Positions 9,625-18,914 are shown, counted from the first letter of the stretch. The stretch: DNA of 31,134 bases from an uncultured Clostridia bacterium (GCA_964494075.1 CAZBQP010000001.1:1-31134), one strand, 5' to 3'. Numbers and translations are program-made. Notes: a model not told the origin generated them from the letters alone.

Positions 9625-9671
9625 TATAGTCATTTTATTAATTGAATTACTTTTGGAGGTATAAAAATACT

Positions 9672-10373
9672 ATGAATTACGTTTCAGAAAAGAACAACAA
9701 AGTCTTCATTTCAGGGGAAATCGTGAGCGATGCAACCTTTTCCCACGAAGTATTCGGGGAAGGATTTTACGAATTTCACGTAAGCGTCATGCGACTTTCC
9801 GGTCAAGCGGATATTCTTCCCGTCACTCTGTCCGAGCGGCTCATTCAAGACGGAATGCTCGCCAAAGGAAAATCCATCTGTGCACTCGGTCAATTCCGCA
9901 GCTACAACAAAATCGAGAACGGAAAATCCCGTTTGATGCTCACCGTTTTTATTCGTGAGCTTATCAACGAACTGCCCGATCGAAACCCAAACAGCATTTT
10001 GCTCAGCGGCTACATCTGCAAACCGCCCATCTACCGAACCACCCCGTTCAATCGTGAAATTGCCGACGTTCTCATCGCCGTCAATCGTGCTTACAATAAA
10101 TCCGATTACATTCCCTGCATCGCTTGGGGACGGAACGCTCGATTCGTGAAGAACTTAAACGTAGGGGATCGCATTGCCATTTCAGGCAGAATTCAAAGCC
10201 GTGAGTATCAAAAAAAGATCTCAGAGAGCGAGACGAGGACGATGACCGCCTACGAAGTGTCCGTTTCCAAACTGGCTGCCTTTGAGACGGGAGAAGAGTT
10301 TGACATCGAGAGCGAATTCGATTTATATTCTATGCAGAGCAAAACGCCGCTCACAGCGCACGCTGATTGCTGA
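9672..10373 (+). CDS. Single-stranded DNA-binding protein with two tandem OB folds; start reassigned to 9672
   Basis: GGAGGT RBS; first OB fold NNKVFISG...GQFRSYN, second OB fold NSILLSG...SDYIPCIAWGRNA...GRIQSREY. Confidence 0.85.
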   Translation: MNYVSEKNNKVFISGEIVSDATFSHEVFGEGFYEFHVSVMRLSGQADILPVTLSERLIQDGMLAKGKSICALGQFRSYNKIENGKSRLMLTVFIRELINELPDRNPNSILLSGYICKPPIYRTTPFNREIADVLIAVNRAYNKSDYIPCIAWGRNARFVKNLNVGDRIAISGRIQSREYQKKISESETRTMTAYEVSVSKLAAFETGEEFDIESEFDLYSMQSKTPLTAHADC

Positions 10374-10392
10374 CGTTTACCTATAAAATTCC

Positions 10393-10414
10393 AGACGGCG
10401 AAAAGCCGTCTTTT
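10393..10414 (+). terminator. Intrinsic terminator after pdaB-ssb
   Basis: agacggc-gaaaa-gccgtct followed by ttt. Confidence 0.65.
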
Positions 10415-10471
10415 CCTTATTTCGCCTTCTTAATTTCAAAAACAACACTTACAAAATCTGCTTTTTCACGC

Positions 10472-10500
10472 TTGACATTCCACGTTTTCCATGCTATACT
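10472..10500 (+). promoter_or_regulatory. sigma-A promoter for the solo nuclease gene
   Basis: TTGACA-17 bp-TATACT with TG extended -10. Confidence 0.75.
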
Positions 10501-10627
10501 TACCATAAGATTTTACAACAAACCCAAGCGACTTTTATTAAAAACAACAGGAAAACAACGTAATTTTTCAAGCAGTTTGACCTAGTCGTTAAAAAAATCA
10601 AAAAAGTTTAACCCAAAGGAGTACGTT

Positions 10628-11341
10628 ATGCCCATTTCCAAAACAGATTTCATCCGTGCTTTGCAATGCGAAAAAATGTTGTGGCTGGATGCGCACGCAC
10701 CACAATATAAAATTATTCCGCCGGAAGTACAAGCAAAACTCGACGCAGGCAACGAATTTGGAGACGTAGCCATGGGCATTTTTGGGGAATTTGTGGAAAC
10801 AACCACCTTCCGTGAAGACGGTAGATTGAACTATGCGGAAATGCTTGAGAAAACCAAAACGCTACTCGAAGCCAACACGCCCGTCATTTGCGAAGGCGCT
10901 TTCACGTGGTACGGCAATTTTTGCGCCGCCGATATTCTAAAAAAGGAAGGGAGAGGGTACGCTCTATACGAGGTGAAAAACGCCTACACCGCAAGAAAAG
11001 AATTTATCAACGACTTAGGATTCCAGCATTTTCTTCTACACAAATGCGGCGTAAACGTAACCTCCTGCAATCTGATTTTACGTGGCGACGAACCGCCGCA
11101 GAACTATCCACTCGCAGACGAGCCCTTTGAAAAGGAAGAATTTCTCACTCACGCCAACTTTCGTTACCGCATCGTAACCGTTTCCAAAGGTGCACTCCAA
11201 GCAGACAAGCTCGCTTCCGAACACATCTTTGAGTACGGAAAGCTCAAGCGCAAAGATTCCTGTATGCCTAATATTTCGCCCTCCGAACACTGCGAGTCGC
11301 CCTACCGTTGCTGGTATTATGATTACTGTCATAGAATATAA
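10628..11341 (+). CDS. PD-(D/E)xK nuclease-like protein with a Cas4/AddB-type four-Cys arrangement (resembles the N-terminus of DUF2779 proteins)
   Basis: SKTDF..QC14EKMLWL, AADIL...LYEVK catalytic-like motif, and C-terminal C222-x5-C228-x5-C234. Confidence 0.6.
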   Translation: MPISKTDFIRALQCEKMLWLDAHAPQYKIIPPEVQAKLDAGNEFGDVAMGIFGEFVETTTFREDGRLNYAEMLEKTKTLLEANTPVICEGAFTWYGNFCAADILKKEGRGYALYEVKNAYTARKEFINDLGFQHFLLHKCGVNVTSCNLILRGDEPPQNYPLADEPFEKEEFLTHANFRYRIVTVSKGALQADKLASEHIFEYGKLKRKDSCMPNISPSEHCESPYRCWYYDYCHRI

Positions 11342-11416
11342 GTATAGCTTATAAATCAAGTATATAAATCGAGGATGAGTTTTGCCACTTTCATGCAGGC
11401 AAAACTTTCTTTTTTG

Positions 11417-11445
11417 TTCTATTTTCCTTTCCCTTTGCATAGAAT
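11417..11445 (+). promoter_or_regulatory. Possible sigma-E promoter for the spoIVF genes
   Basis: TTCTATT-14 bp-CATAGAAT; spoIVF is sigma-E dependent in B. subtilis. Confidence 0.4.
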
Positions 11446-11475
11446 ACAATAACCAAGGCAATAAGGAGATTATGT

Positions 11476-12444
11476 ATGAACGAAGAAATCGAATATGCAG
11501 AAATGTTGGAAATTCCCGTCTCGACCGTCAACGTCGTACGAAAAAACAATCGACGCAAAAAGCGCACGGATGCAACCGAATTAAAAGGCGCAAACACACA
11601 CGACACCCCCTTAAAAGAGTCCGTCATCGAACAAGTAAACGAGCGGTTACACGAGGAAGAACAATCACAACCGCCCTTACAACAACCCTTGCAGGTGGAA
11701 GGGGATCTTTTCGCCGAGAGCGTAAACAGCGAAGGGAGGTTAGATTTTGAACCCATTCCCGAACGCATCGACACCGTGCGTTTGTATTCAACCGAGGAGA
11801 CAGAAGGCAATTCTTCCTCTCGACTTTTTCCACAAGATTATTCGTTGCATTCTGAAAATGGAGAGGGTAAGTATGCGTTGAGCAATAAAAATCATCTTGA
11901 AAAAATCTTCAACACAACCCTCAATGCAGAATTTATCGCCGCCTGCGCATTATGTGGAGCCATCTTTTTAACCAACGTGTTTATGCCGCAAAGCGCCATC
12001 AACACTTTTTTCCGCGCCATTGCAGACGTGCCTACGATTTCACAAACAGACAATCGAACGTATGAGGATTTCCATTTATCTCCCGTCGTCAGCGTTCTTT
12101 CCGATGCGGAACTTTCCCTTTCAGCCGCCGGCATTTTATCCTTTCAAGACGATTGCTGCGTATATCCTTGCGCAAACGGAACCGTGGCGGAAGTCAGTCA
12201 ATCCAGCGATGGAATTTATACAATTAAAATCAAATATTCCGATTCCTTCACCGGCGTTATCAATGGATTAAACTACGTCTATTACACCGTAGGAGAGGAA
12301 GTGAAAGCAAACGTTCCCGTCGGATACACGGACGGCAACACTGAAGTGCAGGTTACAATGTACGATTCAGGCGCTTTGCTAAATTGCTTCTGTCTCACGG
12401 AAGAAAACTGTCTTGCGTGGTTGAAGGATATGGAAGAAGAATAA
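11476..12444 (+). CDS. SpoIVFA-like membrane protein with a degenerate M23/LytM domain
   Basis: Acidic disordered N-terminus, one TM helix (FIAACALCGAIFLTNVF), C-terminal LytM-like fold (ANGTV...VGEEVKANVPVG) lacking catalytic His; directly upstream of a spoIVFB homologue. Confidence 0.6.
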   Translation: MNEEIEYAEMLEIPVSTVNVVRKNNRRKKRTDATELKGANTHDTPLKESVIEQVNERLHEEEQSQPPLQQPLQVEGDLFAESVNSEGRLDFEPIPERIDTVRLYSTEETEGNSSSRLFPQDYSLHSENGEGKYALSNKNHLEKIFNTTLNAEFIAACALCGAIFLTNVFMPQSAINTFFRAIADVPTISQTDNRTYEDFHLSPVVSVLSDAELSLSAAGILSFQDDCCVYPCANGTVAEVSQSSDGIYTIKIKYSDSFTGVINGLNYVYYTVGEEVKANVPVGYTDGNTEVQVTMYDSGALLNCFCLTEENCLAWLKDMEEE

Positions 12445-13431
12445 GTGTGGCTTATGTCTAACACAAAATATTTGCCAGCGTGGCAGCCTGATGGTTGCCA
12501 CGCAAATTCCACAAACAACACTAATAAAAGCCTTTTTTCTATTCATCCTCTCTTCCTTCTTACAGGGATTTGGTACGCCTGTACAGGTGAACTTTTTCTC
12601 TTTTTATTAAGCACACTCGTCGCCATTCAACACGAGTGCGCACACGCATTCGCCAGCGCCTCCCTTGGATATCGCCTGCATAAAATCGTACTCATGCCGT
12701 ACGGCGCAGTTATCGACGGCGATTTGAAGGGGATTAGCTTCAAAGACGAGATTTTCGTCGCCACTTGCGGACCACTTTGCAACCTTATCACCGCCGTGTT
12801 TTTCGCCGCATTATGGTGGACGTTTCCCACAACCTATCCTTTCACCGACGTTGCGTGTTATTCTTCCCTCTCCATTGCGCTCATTAACCTGCTCCCTGCC
12901 TATCCGCTCGACGGCGGCAGAATCTTGAAATGCGCACTCACGGAAAGTTTTCTAAAACGCTACACGGAAGAGAGTAAGGCGGAAAGACGAGCCGAGAAAA
13001 TCTGCCGCATTCTCACTCTCTTTTTCGCCGGCATTATCCTCGCTCTATTCATCTTATTCTGTATGAAGGGCGCATGGAATTTTTCCCTACTCTCCTTCAG
13101 CATTTTTCTGATCGTTGGCGCATTTGGCAACCGAGACAAACAAGCCGTCTACGGAAAGATAGACTTTTCCTATCGAAATTCTTTGGAAAAAGGAGTGGAA
13201 ATCCGCCGAATTGCCGTACTCGAAAGCTGTACAGTCAAGAAAGCGTTGCGATTTTTAACACGTGGAAGCTATCTACAACTCGAAGTCTACAATGAGAAGG
13301 AAGAATACCTTTACAACCTTTCGCAAAACGAGCTTTCCGAGCTTTTTTTACACTCGAAATCTCCATACGATACCATCGAAAAATTACGCAAATCTACTCA
13401 AAAAGAGAAAAAAGGCCCTCTTTCTTTGTAA
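12445..13431 (+). CDS. spoIVFB: SpoIVFB-like M50 intramembrane metalloprotease
   Basis: HECAH (HExxH), GPLCN and NLLPAYPLDGG; several TM helices. Confidence 0.8.
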   Translation: MWLMSNTKYLPAWQPDGCHANSTNNTNKSLFSIHPLFLLTGIWYACTGELFLFLLSTLVAIQHECAHAFASASLGYRLHKIVLMPYGAVIDGDLKGISFKDEIFVATCGPLCNLITAVFFAALWWTFPTTYPFTDVACYSSLSIALINLLPAYPLDGGRILKCALTESFLKRYTEESKAERRAEKICRILTLFFAGIILALFILFCMKGAWNFSLLSFSIFLIVGAFGNRDKQAVYGKIDFSYRNSLEKGVEIRRIAVLESCTVKKALRFLTRGSYLQLEVYNEKEEYLYNLSQNELSELFLHSKSPYDTIEKLRKSTQKEKKGPLSL

Positions 13432-13448
13432 CGATCAAGGGAAAACTC

Positions 13449-13477
13449 TTGCGAAACGCCGCTTTTTATGTTATAAT
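13449..13477 (+). promoter_or_regulatory. sigma-A promoter for rng
   Basis: TTGCGA-17 bp-TATAAT with TG extended -10. Confidence 0.65.
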
Positions 13478-13524
13478 AGTATTCGGCGTATTTTTCAGAC
13501 GCACACAAACAGGTTGGATACAGC

Positions 13525-15066
13525 ATGATCGAAACAACGAAGAAAGAATGGTTTTTGGATAGATATTGCGGACAGCAGTTCGCCGCACTTTTGGAAAACG
13601 GGCGTTTAGCTGAATTTTCCTGTGAAAAAGAACCGCGAACCGCCTGTGTGGGGAACATCTACAAAGGAAAGGTTGTCAACGTACTCTCCGGCATGAATGC
13701 AGCCTTTATTAATTGTGGTTTATCCAGAAATTGTTATCTTTCCATGGACGAAACGTACACCGATTACTCCAAGTACGACGGAGTCATGGCGGAAACGAAC
13801 GACAAAATCCACAGTCTGAAAGAGGGCGACGAGCTCATCGTCCAAATCACCAAACCAGCCCGAGGCAATAAAGGCGCAAAAGTAACTACGCACCTTTCCT
13901 TCGTGGGGAAGCGAATCATTTACCTACCCAACACCCCCTTCCTCGGAATTTCCAGAAAAATCACCGACGAAGCGGAACGAGAAAAGCTTTTGACCGTCGC
14001 AACTTCTATGCGTTCGGATGCGGAAGAGGGGTTTATCGTCCGCACGCAAGCCCCTTTCGCCACCGAGTTGCAACTCAAAACGGAAACGGACTATCTTAAA
14101 AAACTCAACGCAACCATTCTCGAAAAGGCGGAGTCCGCCTTAGTCGGTTCTCTTTTATACGAAACGGAAGACCTGCCGGCACGTGTCATTCGAGACTGTT
14201 TTGACGGAGCTCTGCACGCCATTCACGTTGGCGACGAAGCGCTCTATCAGCGACTTTTACAACTCATTCGATTGCGTGGTGATATCCCCGAAAGCAAGCT
14301 CATCAAATACATGGGTGATAGATCCATGTTGCAGGAGTACGGAATCACCCCTCTCGTACATGATACAGTGCGCCCGATGGTTCCCTTGGAAAACGGTGGA
14401 TACCTCGTCATTGAACCCACCGAAGCCATGACGGTGGTGGACGTCAACACGGGGAGTTTTATCGGCAGCGAAAACCTTGAAGACACCGTCTTTCAAATGA
14501 ACCTTGTCGCAGCAAGAGAAATCGCACGGCAAGTCCGCCTTCGCAATATCGGTGGCATCGTCGTCGTAGATTTTATCGACATGGCAGACGAGGCCCACAA
14601 AATCGCCGTTACAGAAACACTCAAAAATGCGTTAGCTCTTGACCGCGCAAAATGCAACGTCCTCCCCATGAGCGAACTTTGCATTACGCAATTTACGCGC
14701 AAACGACTGGGCAACAACGTACTTTCCTACCTCGTCAAACCTTGTTCTTGTTGCAACGGAATTGGTCACGTCCGAGAGGACATTTTCGTCGTCACCAAAA
14801 TCCGCAATGCCTTACTCGACTGTTTTTACAACGGATTCACCACGGCTGTTGTGGAGCTAAACGATCGCATTATGCGGAAAATTATTTCCGAACAACTCTT
14901 CGCCATTGAAGCACGTGAGCGATGGAAGGATAAAAATATATATTTCGTACCACACCGAACGTATAAAGAAGAATATTTCAGCGTTCGTGGAGAACGGGAA
15001 GGGGAGTTTACTTTATCCGAAAAAGCACAAAGTTTACACGAAATGCCCATACCATGTATGAAATGA
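13525..15066 (+). CDS. rng: Ribonuclease E/G family (RNase G-like)
   Basis: S1 domain GNIYKGKV, EAMTVVDVNTG, LRNIGGIVVVDFIDM, TRKR and the CxxCNGxG zinc link. Confidence 0.93.
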   Translation: MIETTKKEWFLDRYCGQQFAALLENGRLAEFSCEKEPRTACVGNIYKGKVVNVLSGMNAAFINCGLSRNCYLSMDETYTDYSKYDGVMAETNDKIHSLKEGDELIVQITKPARGNKGAKVTTHLSFVGKRIIYLPNTPFLGISRKITDEAEREKLLTVATSMRSDAEEGFIVRTQAPFATELQLKTETDYLKKLNATILEKAESALVGSLLYETEDLPARVIRDCFDGALHAIHVGDEALYQRLLQLIRLRGDIPESKLIKYMGDRSMLQEYGITPLVHDTVRPMVPLENGGYLVIEPTEAMTVVDVNTGSFIGSENLEDTVFQMNLVAAREIARQVRLRNIGGIVVVDFIDMADEAHKIAVTETLKNALALDRAKCNVLPMSELCITQFTRKRLGNNVLSYLVKPCSCCNGIGHVREDIFVVTKIRNALLDCFYNGFTTAVVELNDRIMRKIISEQLFAIEARERWKDKNIYFVPHRTYKEEYFSVRGEREGEFTLSEKAQSLHEMPIPCMK

Positions 15067-15082
15067 AGTAAAAAATAATAGT

Positions 15083-15113
15083 AACGGGTGCGCCTTTTGC
15101 TCACCCGTTTTTT
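15083..15113 (+). terminator. Intrinsic terminator after rng
   Basis: aacgggtg...cacccgtt followed by a U-tract. Confidence 0.7.
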
Positions 15114-15180
15114 ATATCCTTCGCCCAGCCAAAGCTTTCTTCAAAACACCGATATTCCAAAATCACCCTCAATAAAACGC

Positions 15181-15210
15181 TTTACTTTTACGCACAAATC
15201 ATGGTATACT
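15181..15210 (+). promoter_or_regulatory. sigma-A promoter for lon-engB
   Basis: TTTACT-18 bp-TATACT with TG extended -10. Confidence 0.5.
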
Positions 15211-15277
15211 ATAATCCAAGATTTGAAAACACGAGAAATCCGTTTGATTTCAACAAAAAACGGGTACATATACTAAT

Positions 15278-17722
15278 ATGGAAAACAAGAAAGAAAAAGT
15301 TTTGAATACAAATTTACTGCCCGTCGTGCCCCTTCGTGGCAAGGTAGCATTTCCGCACACTTCCATTTCCTTTGAAGTGGGCAGAAAAATGACACTCAAA
15401 GCCATCGAACGCGCTTCCAACAACGACGATCGTTTGGTGCTTATTCTCACGCAAAAACAGACGGAAAAGGACGACGTGGAACCTTCCGACCTTTACACGG
15501 TCGGGTGTGTGGCAAAAATCAAGCAAGTTGCCCAGCTTTCGGGCGGCGTTATTCGTGTCCTTTGTGAAGGACTTTATCGAGCAAAAGCACGCGCACTTTC
15601 CTTGAGCGAGAGCGACGGCTGTATCTACGGCGTCGCAGACGAACTCTCCATTCAACACGGAGACGAGGTGTTAGAGGAGGCATACTTCCGCACAGCGAAA
15701 GCGTTGGTGAAAGACGTACTCTCCGCAGACGGAAAGATTCCCAAAGATACGATTGCAAAGCTCGACAAGATTGAAGACGCTGACGAATACGTGGACGTGA
15801 CGCTCTCTTCCATGCGTGTTCGCATCGACGTGAAACAACACCTTTTAGAAGAAACGCATATCGTGGAAAGGCTCAAACGTTTTGAGCAATGCTTAAACGA
15901 CGAGCTTGAAATCTCCAAAATCGAGAAAAAAATCGCAAACTCCGTTCGTCAAAATATTGACAAAAATCAAAAGGAATACTTCTTGCGTGAGCAAATCAAA
16001 GCCATTCATACAGAGCTTGGCGACGATGAAAAGGAAGAGGATGAATATCGAGAAAAGGTACTCAACAAACACCTGCCTGCCTCACTCGAAGAAAAATGCC
16101 TTAAAGAAATCCATCGCATGAGCAAAATGCCCAGTTCCTCGCCCGAGTATACCGTCATTGCAAATTACCTCGATCAGGTGATTGCGCTGCCCTGGACGGA
16201 AGAGACTGTGGATACCGAGAAACTGGAAGATTGCGTCGCCGTTTTGAACGCCGACCATTACGGCTTGGAAAAAATCAAGGAGCGCATCACCGAATATCTC
16301 GCCGTGTTGAAGTTGACGGGAAATATGAAAGCGCCCATTCTCTGCTTTGTCGGGCCCCCGGGCGTCGGCAAGACAAGCATCGCAAATTCCATCGCAAGAG
16401 CTTTGGGGCGTAAATTCGTTCGCATGAGTCTCGGCGGCGTCAAGGACGAAGCGGAAATCCGCGGACATCGCCGCACTTATATCGGCGCAATGCCCGGACG
16501 TATTTTGTACGGCATGAAAAACGCAGGTACCATCAACCCCGTCTTTTTGCTTGACGAAATCGACAAACTCTCTTCGGATATGCAAGGAGATCCTGCAAGC
16601 GCTTTTCTCGAAGTGCTCGATCCCGAGCAGAACGCAACCTTCCGTGATCGCTACCTCGAATATCCCTACGATTTGAGCAAAGTACTTTTCATTACGACGG
16701 CAAACTCGCTTGAAGGAATTCCTTCCCCCTTGCGTGATCGTATGGAAATTATTGAGCTTTCAGGCTACACAATGGAGGAGAAAACGGAAATTTCCAAACG
16801 TTACCTCATTCCCAAACAACTTGAAGCGAACGGCTTGACAACGGACAACCTCACCATCACCCCCGACGGCATTCAAGCCACCATCGAAGGATACACCCGA
16901 GAAGCGGGCGTACGTACCTTAGAACGAACCATCGGCACTCTCTGCCGTAAGGTTGCCGTGCGGTACGCCAACGACAAAAATCTTCCATGCGTGGAACTCA
17001 ACGCAGACATGGTATCCGCATTTTTGGGTACTCCTCGTTTTAACACGGACGACGAACGCTTTGATAAAGAAGTGGGTGCCGTAACGGGACTTGCCTGGAC
17101 AGCATTCGGCGGCACGACACTCACCGTGGAAGCCTCATTAATGCCCGGCAAAGGCGATTTAAAACTCACGGGAAAGCTGGGCGACGTAATGAAAGAATCT
17201 GCCTTGGCAGCGCTTACGTACATTCGTGCGCACGCCGATCAATATGGTATTCCGACTGAAAAATTCAGCACGACCGACTTGCACGTACACGTTCCCGACG
17301 GCGCAACCCCCAAAGACGGGCCGAGCGCCGGCGTTACGATTGCAACCGCCATACTCTCCGCCTTCACGGGTAGACACGTACGTGGCGATGTTGCTATGAC
17401 GGGAGAAATCTCCCTTCGAGGCAAAGTGCTGCCTATCGGCGGACTGAAAGAAAAATCCCTTGCCGCAAGACGAGTAGGAATTCACACCGTGCTCATCCCC
17501 AACGGAAATCGTCGTGATTTGGATGAACTTCCCGAAATCGTGAAAGAGGACGTACTCTTTATCCCCGTTAAGGAAGTAAGCGAAGTATTCGATCTCATGC
17601 TCGAAGGCGGTAAATTCTACGAATATTCCGAAAGCGAACTTAGGAAAAACAAACAAGAACAAAATACTACACCCATTCCCGCTATGTCGGAAAACGATCA
17701 AGCGGAAAGCATTCGTTGTTAA
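15278..17722 (+). CDS. lon: Lon ATP-dependent protease
   Basis: N-domain LPVVPLRG, Walker A GPPGVGKT, LLDEIDK, catalytic PKDGPSAG and AMTGEISLRG..PIGGLKEK. Confidence 0.99.
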   Translation: MENKKEKVLNTNLLPVVPLRGKVAFPHTSISFEVGRKMTLKAIERASNNDDRLVLILTQKQTEKDDVEPSDLYTVGCVAKIKQVAQLSGGVIRVLCEGLYRAKARALSLSESDGCIYGVADELSIQHGDEVLEEAYFRTAKALVKDVLSADGKIPKDTIAKLDKIEDADEYVDVTLSSMRVRIDVKQHLLEETHIVERLKRFEQCLNDELEISKIEKKIANSVRQNIDKNQKEYFLREQIKAIHTELGDDEKEEDEYREKVLNKHLPASLEEKCLKEIHRMSKMPSSSPEYTVIANYLDQVIALPWTEETVDTEKLEDCVAVLNADHYGLEKIKERITEYLAVLKLTGNMKAPILCFVGPPGVGKTSIANSIARALGRKFVRMSLGGVKDEAEIRGHRRTYIGAMPGRILYGMKNAGTINPVFLLDEIDKLSSDMQGDPASAFLEVLDPEQNATFRDRYLEYPYDLSKVLFITTANSLEGIPSPLRDRMEIIELSGYTMEEKTEISKRYLIPKQLEANGLTTDNLTITPDGIQATIEGYTREAGVRTLERTIGTLCRKVAVRYANDKNLPCVELNADMVSAFLGTPRFNTDDERFDKEVGAVTGLAWTAFGGTTLTVEASLMPGKGDLKLTGKLGDVMKESALAALTYIRAHADQYGIPTEKFSTTDLHVHVPDGATPKDGPSAGVTIATAILSAFTGRHVRGDVAMTGEISLRGKVLPIGGLKEKSLAARRVGIHTVLIPNGNRRDLDELPEIVKEDVLFIPVKEVSEVFDLMLEGGKFYEYSESELRKNKQEQNTTPIPAMSENDQAESIRC
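17000..17012 (+). repeat. Dispersed motif copy inside lon (sense strand; encodes NADMV)
   Basis: aactcAACGCAGACATGGtat matches the intergenic copies at 20 of 21 positions. Confidence 0.85.
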
Positions 17723-17755
17723 ACGATAAATAATAATAAACAAAAGGAGGGCACC

Positions 17756-18424
17756 ATGTACGAGACGAATGATAAAAACCAAGCGCCTGCACTCGTGATT
17801 AAAAACGCAACCTTCATCACAAGCGCAGCGAGAGCCGATCAATTTATCACCCCCGATAAGCCGATGATCGCTGTGTGCGGAAAATCCAACGTGGGGAAAA
17901 GCTCCTTTATCAACATGCTGGCAAACCGCAAAAAACTTGCAAAAACGAGTAGTGAACCGGGGCGCACCCGACTTGTCAACTACTTTGATTTCGGCGAATT
18001 CATCCTTGCCGACCTGCCCGGATACGGCTTTGCGAGAGTTTCCAAGGGTGAAAAGGAAAAATGGGCAAAGACACTCGATCAATTCTTCAAAAAGAGCGAA
18101 CACATCGCCCACGTTTTTATGCTCGTCGATTCCCGTCACGATCCCACGGCGGACGACGTTCAAATGATTGAATTTTTACATTATTACACCATCCCCTTCA
18201 CCGTGACGCTCACCAAAGCGGACAAGCTGTCCAAAATGAAGCTCAGGGAACACGTCAAGGCAATCGCCGCCGACCTGTACTTAGGGGAAAAGAACTTGCT
18301 CGCTACGAGTGCAGAAACGAGCTACGGGAAGAACGACGTACTCAATAAAATCGCTTCCGTCATCGAGCTTACCAAATCCCCCCTCATTGTAGAAGAAGAG
18401 GAAGACGAGGATATAGAAGAATAA
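17756..18424 (+). CDS. engB: Ribosome biogenesis GTPase EngB/YsxC
   Basis: G1 GKSNVGKSS, PGRT, G3 DLPGYG and G4 TKADK; follows lon as in Bacillus lonA-ysxC. Confidence 0.96.
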   Translation: MYETNDKNQAPALVIKNATFITSAARADQFITPDKPMIAVCGKSNVGKSSFINMLANRKKLAKTSSEPGRTRLVNYFDFGEFILADLPGYGFARVSKGEKEKWAKTLDQFFKKSEHIAHVFMLVDSRHDPTADDVQMIEFLHYYTIPFTVTLTKADKLSKMKLREHVKAIAADLYLGEKNLLATSAETSYGKNDVLNKIASVIELTKSPLIVEEEEDEDIEE

Positions 18425-18428
18425 GACC

Positions 18429-18461
18429 AAAACGCCTTTGCAGCCTTGCCAAGGCGTTTTT
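18429..18461 (+). terminator. Intrinsic terminator after lon-engB
   Basis: aaaacgcctt(t)g...caaggcgtttt followed by t. Confidence 0.65.
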
Positions 18462-18713
18462 ATTCCTTCAACACAGCCGAAAACACAAGCAAAATGCCAC
18501 ATCGGTATGTCCGACAGGACATTCTATAAAAAATAATAATCGCTTCCTGCTTGTTTATAATTCCCACCGCTTTTTTAATACTCAAAATTTGGTATAATTA
18601 TGAAACAATAGATTTTCGTAGAATACAAGTAATTCTGATAAATTTTTATGGAAATCACACCACATTTTTTGGTATTTTGGGTATTTTACCAAATTTTATG
18701 GTATTATAAGAGT

Positions 18714-18914
18714 ATGATAGAAATTAGATTTGCGGACAACTTAAAGAATTTACGAATAGAATCGGGGCTTACCCAAAAAAAATTAGCCGAAATGGTAGGT
18801 GTAGACCAACGCACGATAAGCGCATGGGAGCGTGGTGCCAGTCAACCGAGTTTGGAAATGCTCGCTCTTTTATGCGAGATCTTTGAAGAGACGTTTGACG
18901 GACTGTTGACATAA
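18714..18914 (+). CDS. Small XRE/Cro-family HTH protein, about 66 aa; start probably at 18714
   Basis: NLKNLRIESGLTQKKLAEMVGVDQRTISAWERG is a classic HTH_3 pattern. Confidence 0.85.
   Translation: MIEIRFADNLKNLRIESGLTQKKLAEMVGVDQRTISAWERGASQPSLEMLALLCEIFEETFDGLLT

Noticed and set aside
7697-9637. Dispersed motif read as sigma-E promoters (CATACAT resembles the sigma-E -10)
   Set aside because: Most copies lie inside CDSs or antisense, three read CAGAC, and no consistent sigma-E -35 is present.
10373-11476. CRISPR array near the Cas4-like gene
   Set aside because: There are no regularly spaced direct repeats; the dispersed motif copies are kilobases apart and on both strands.
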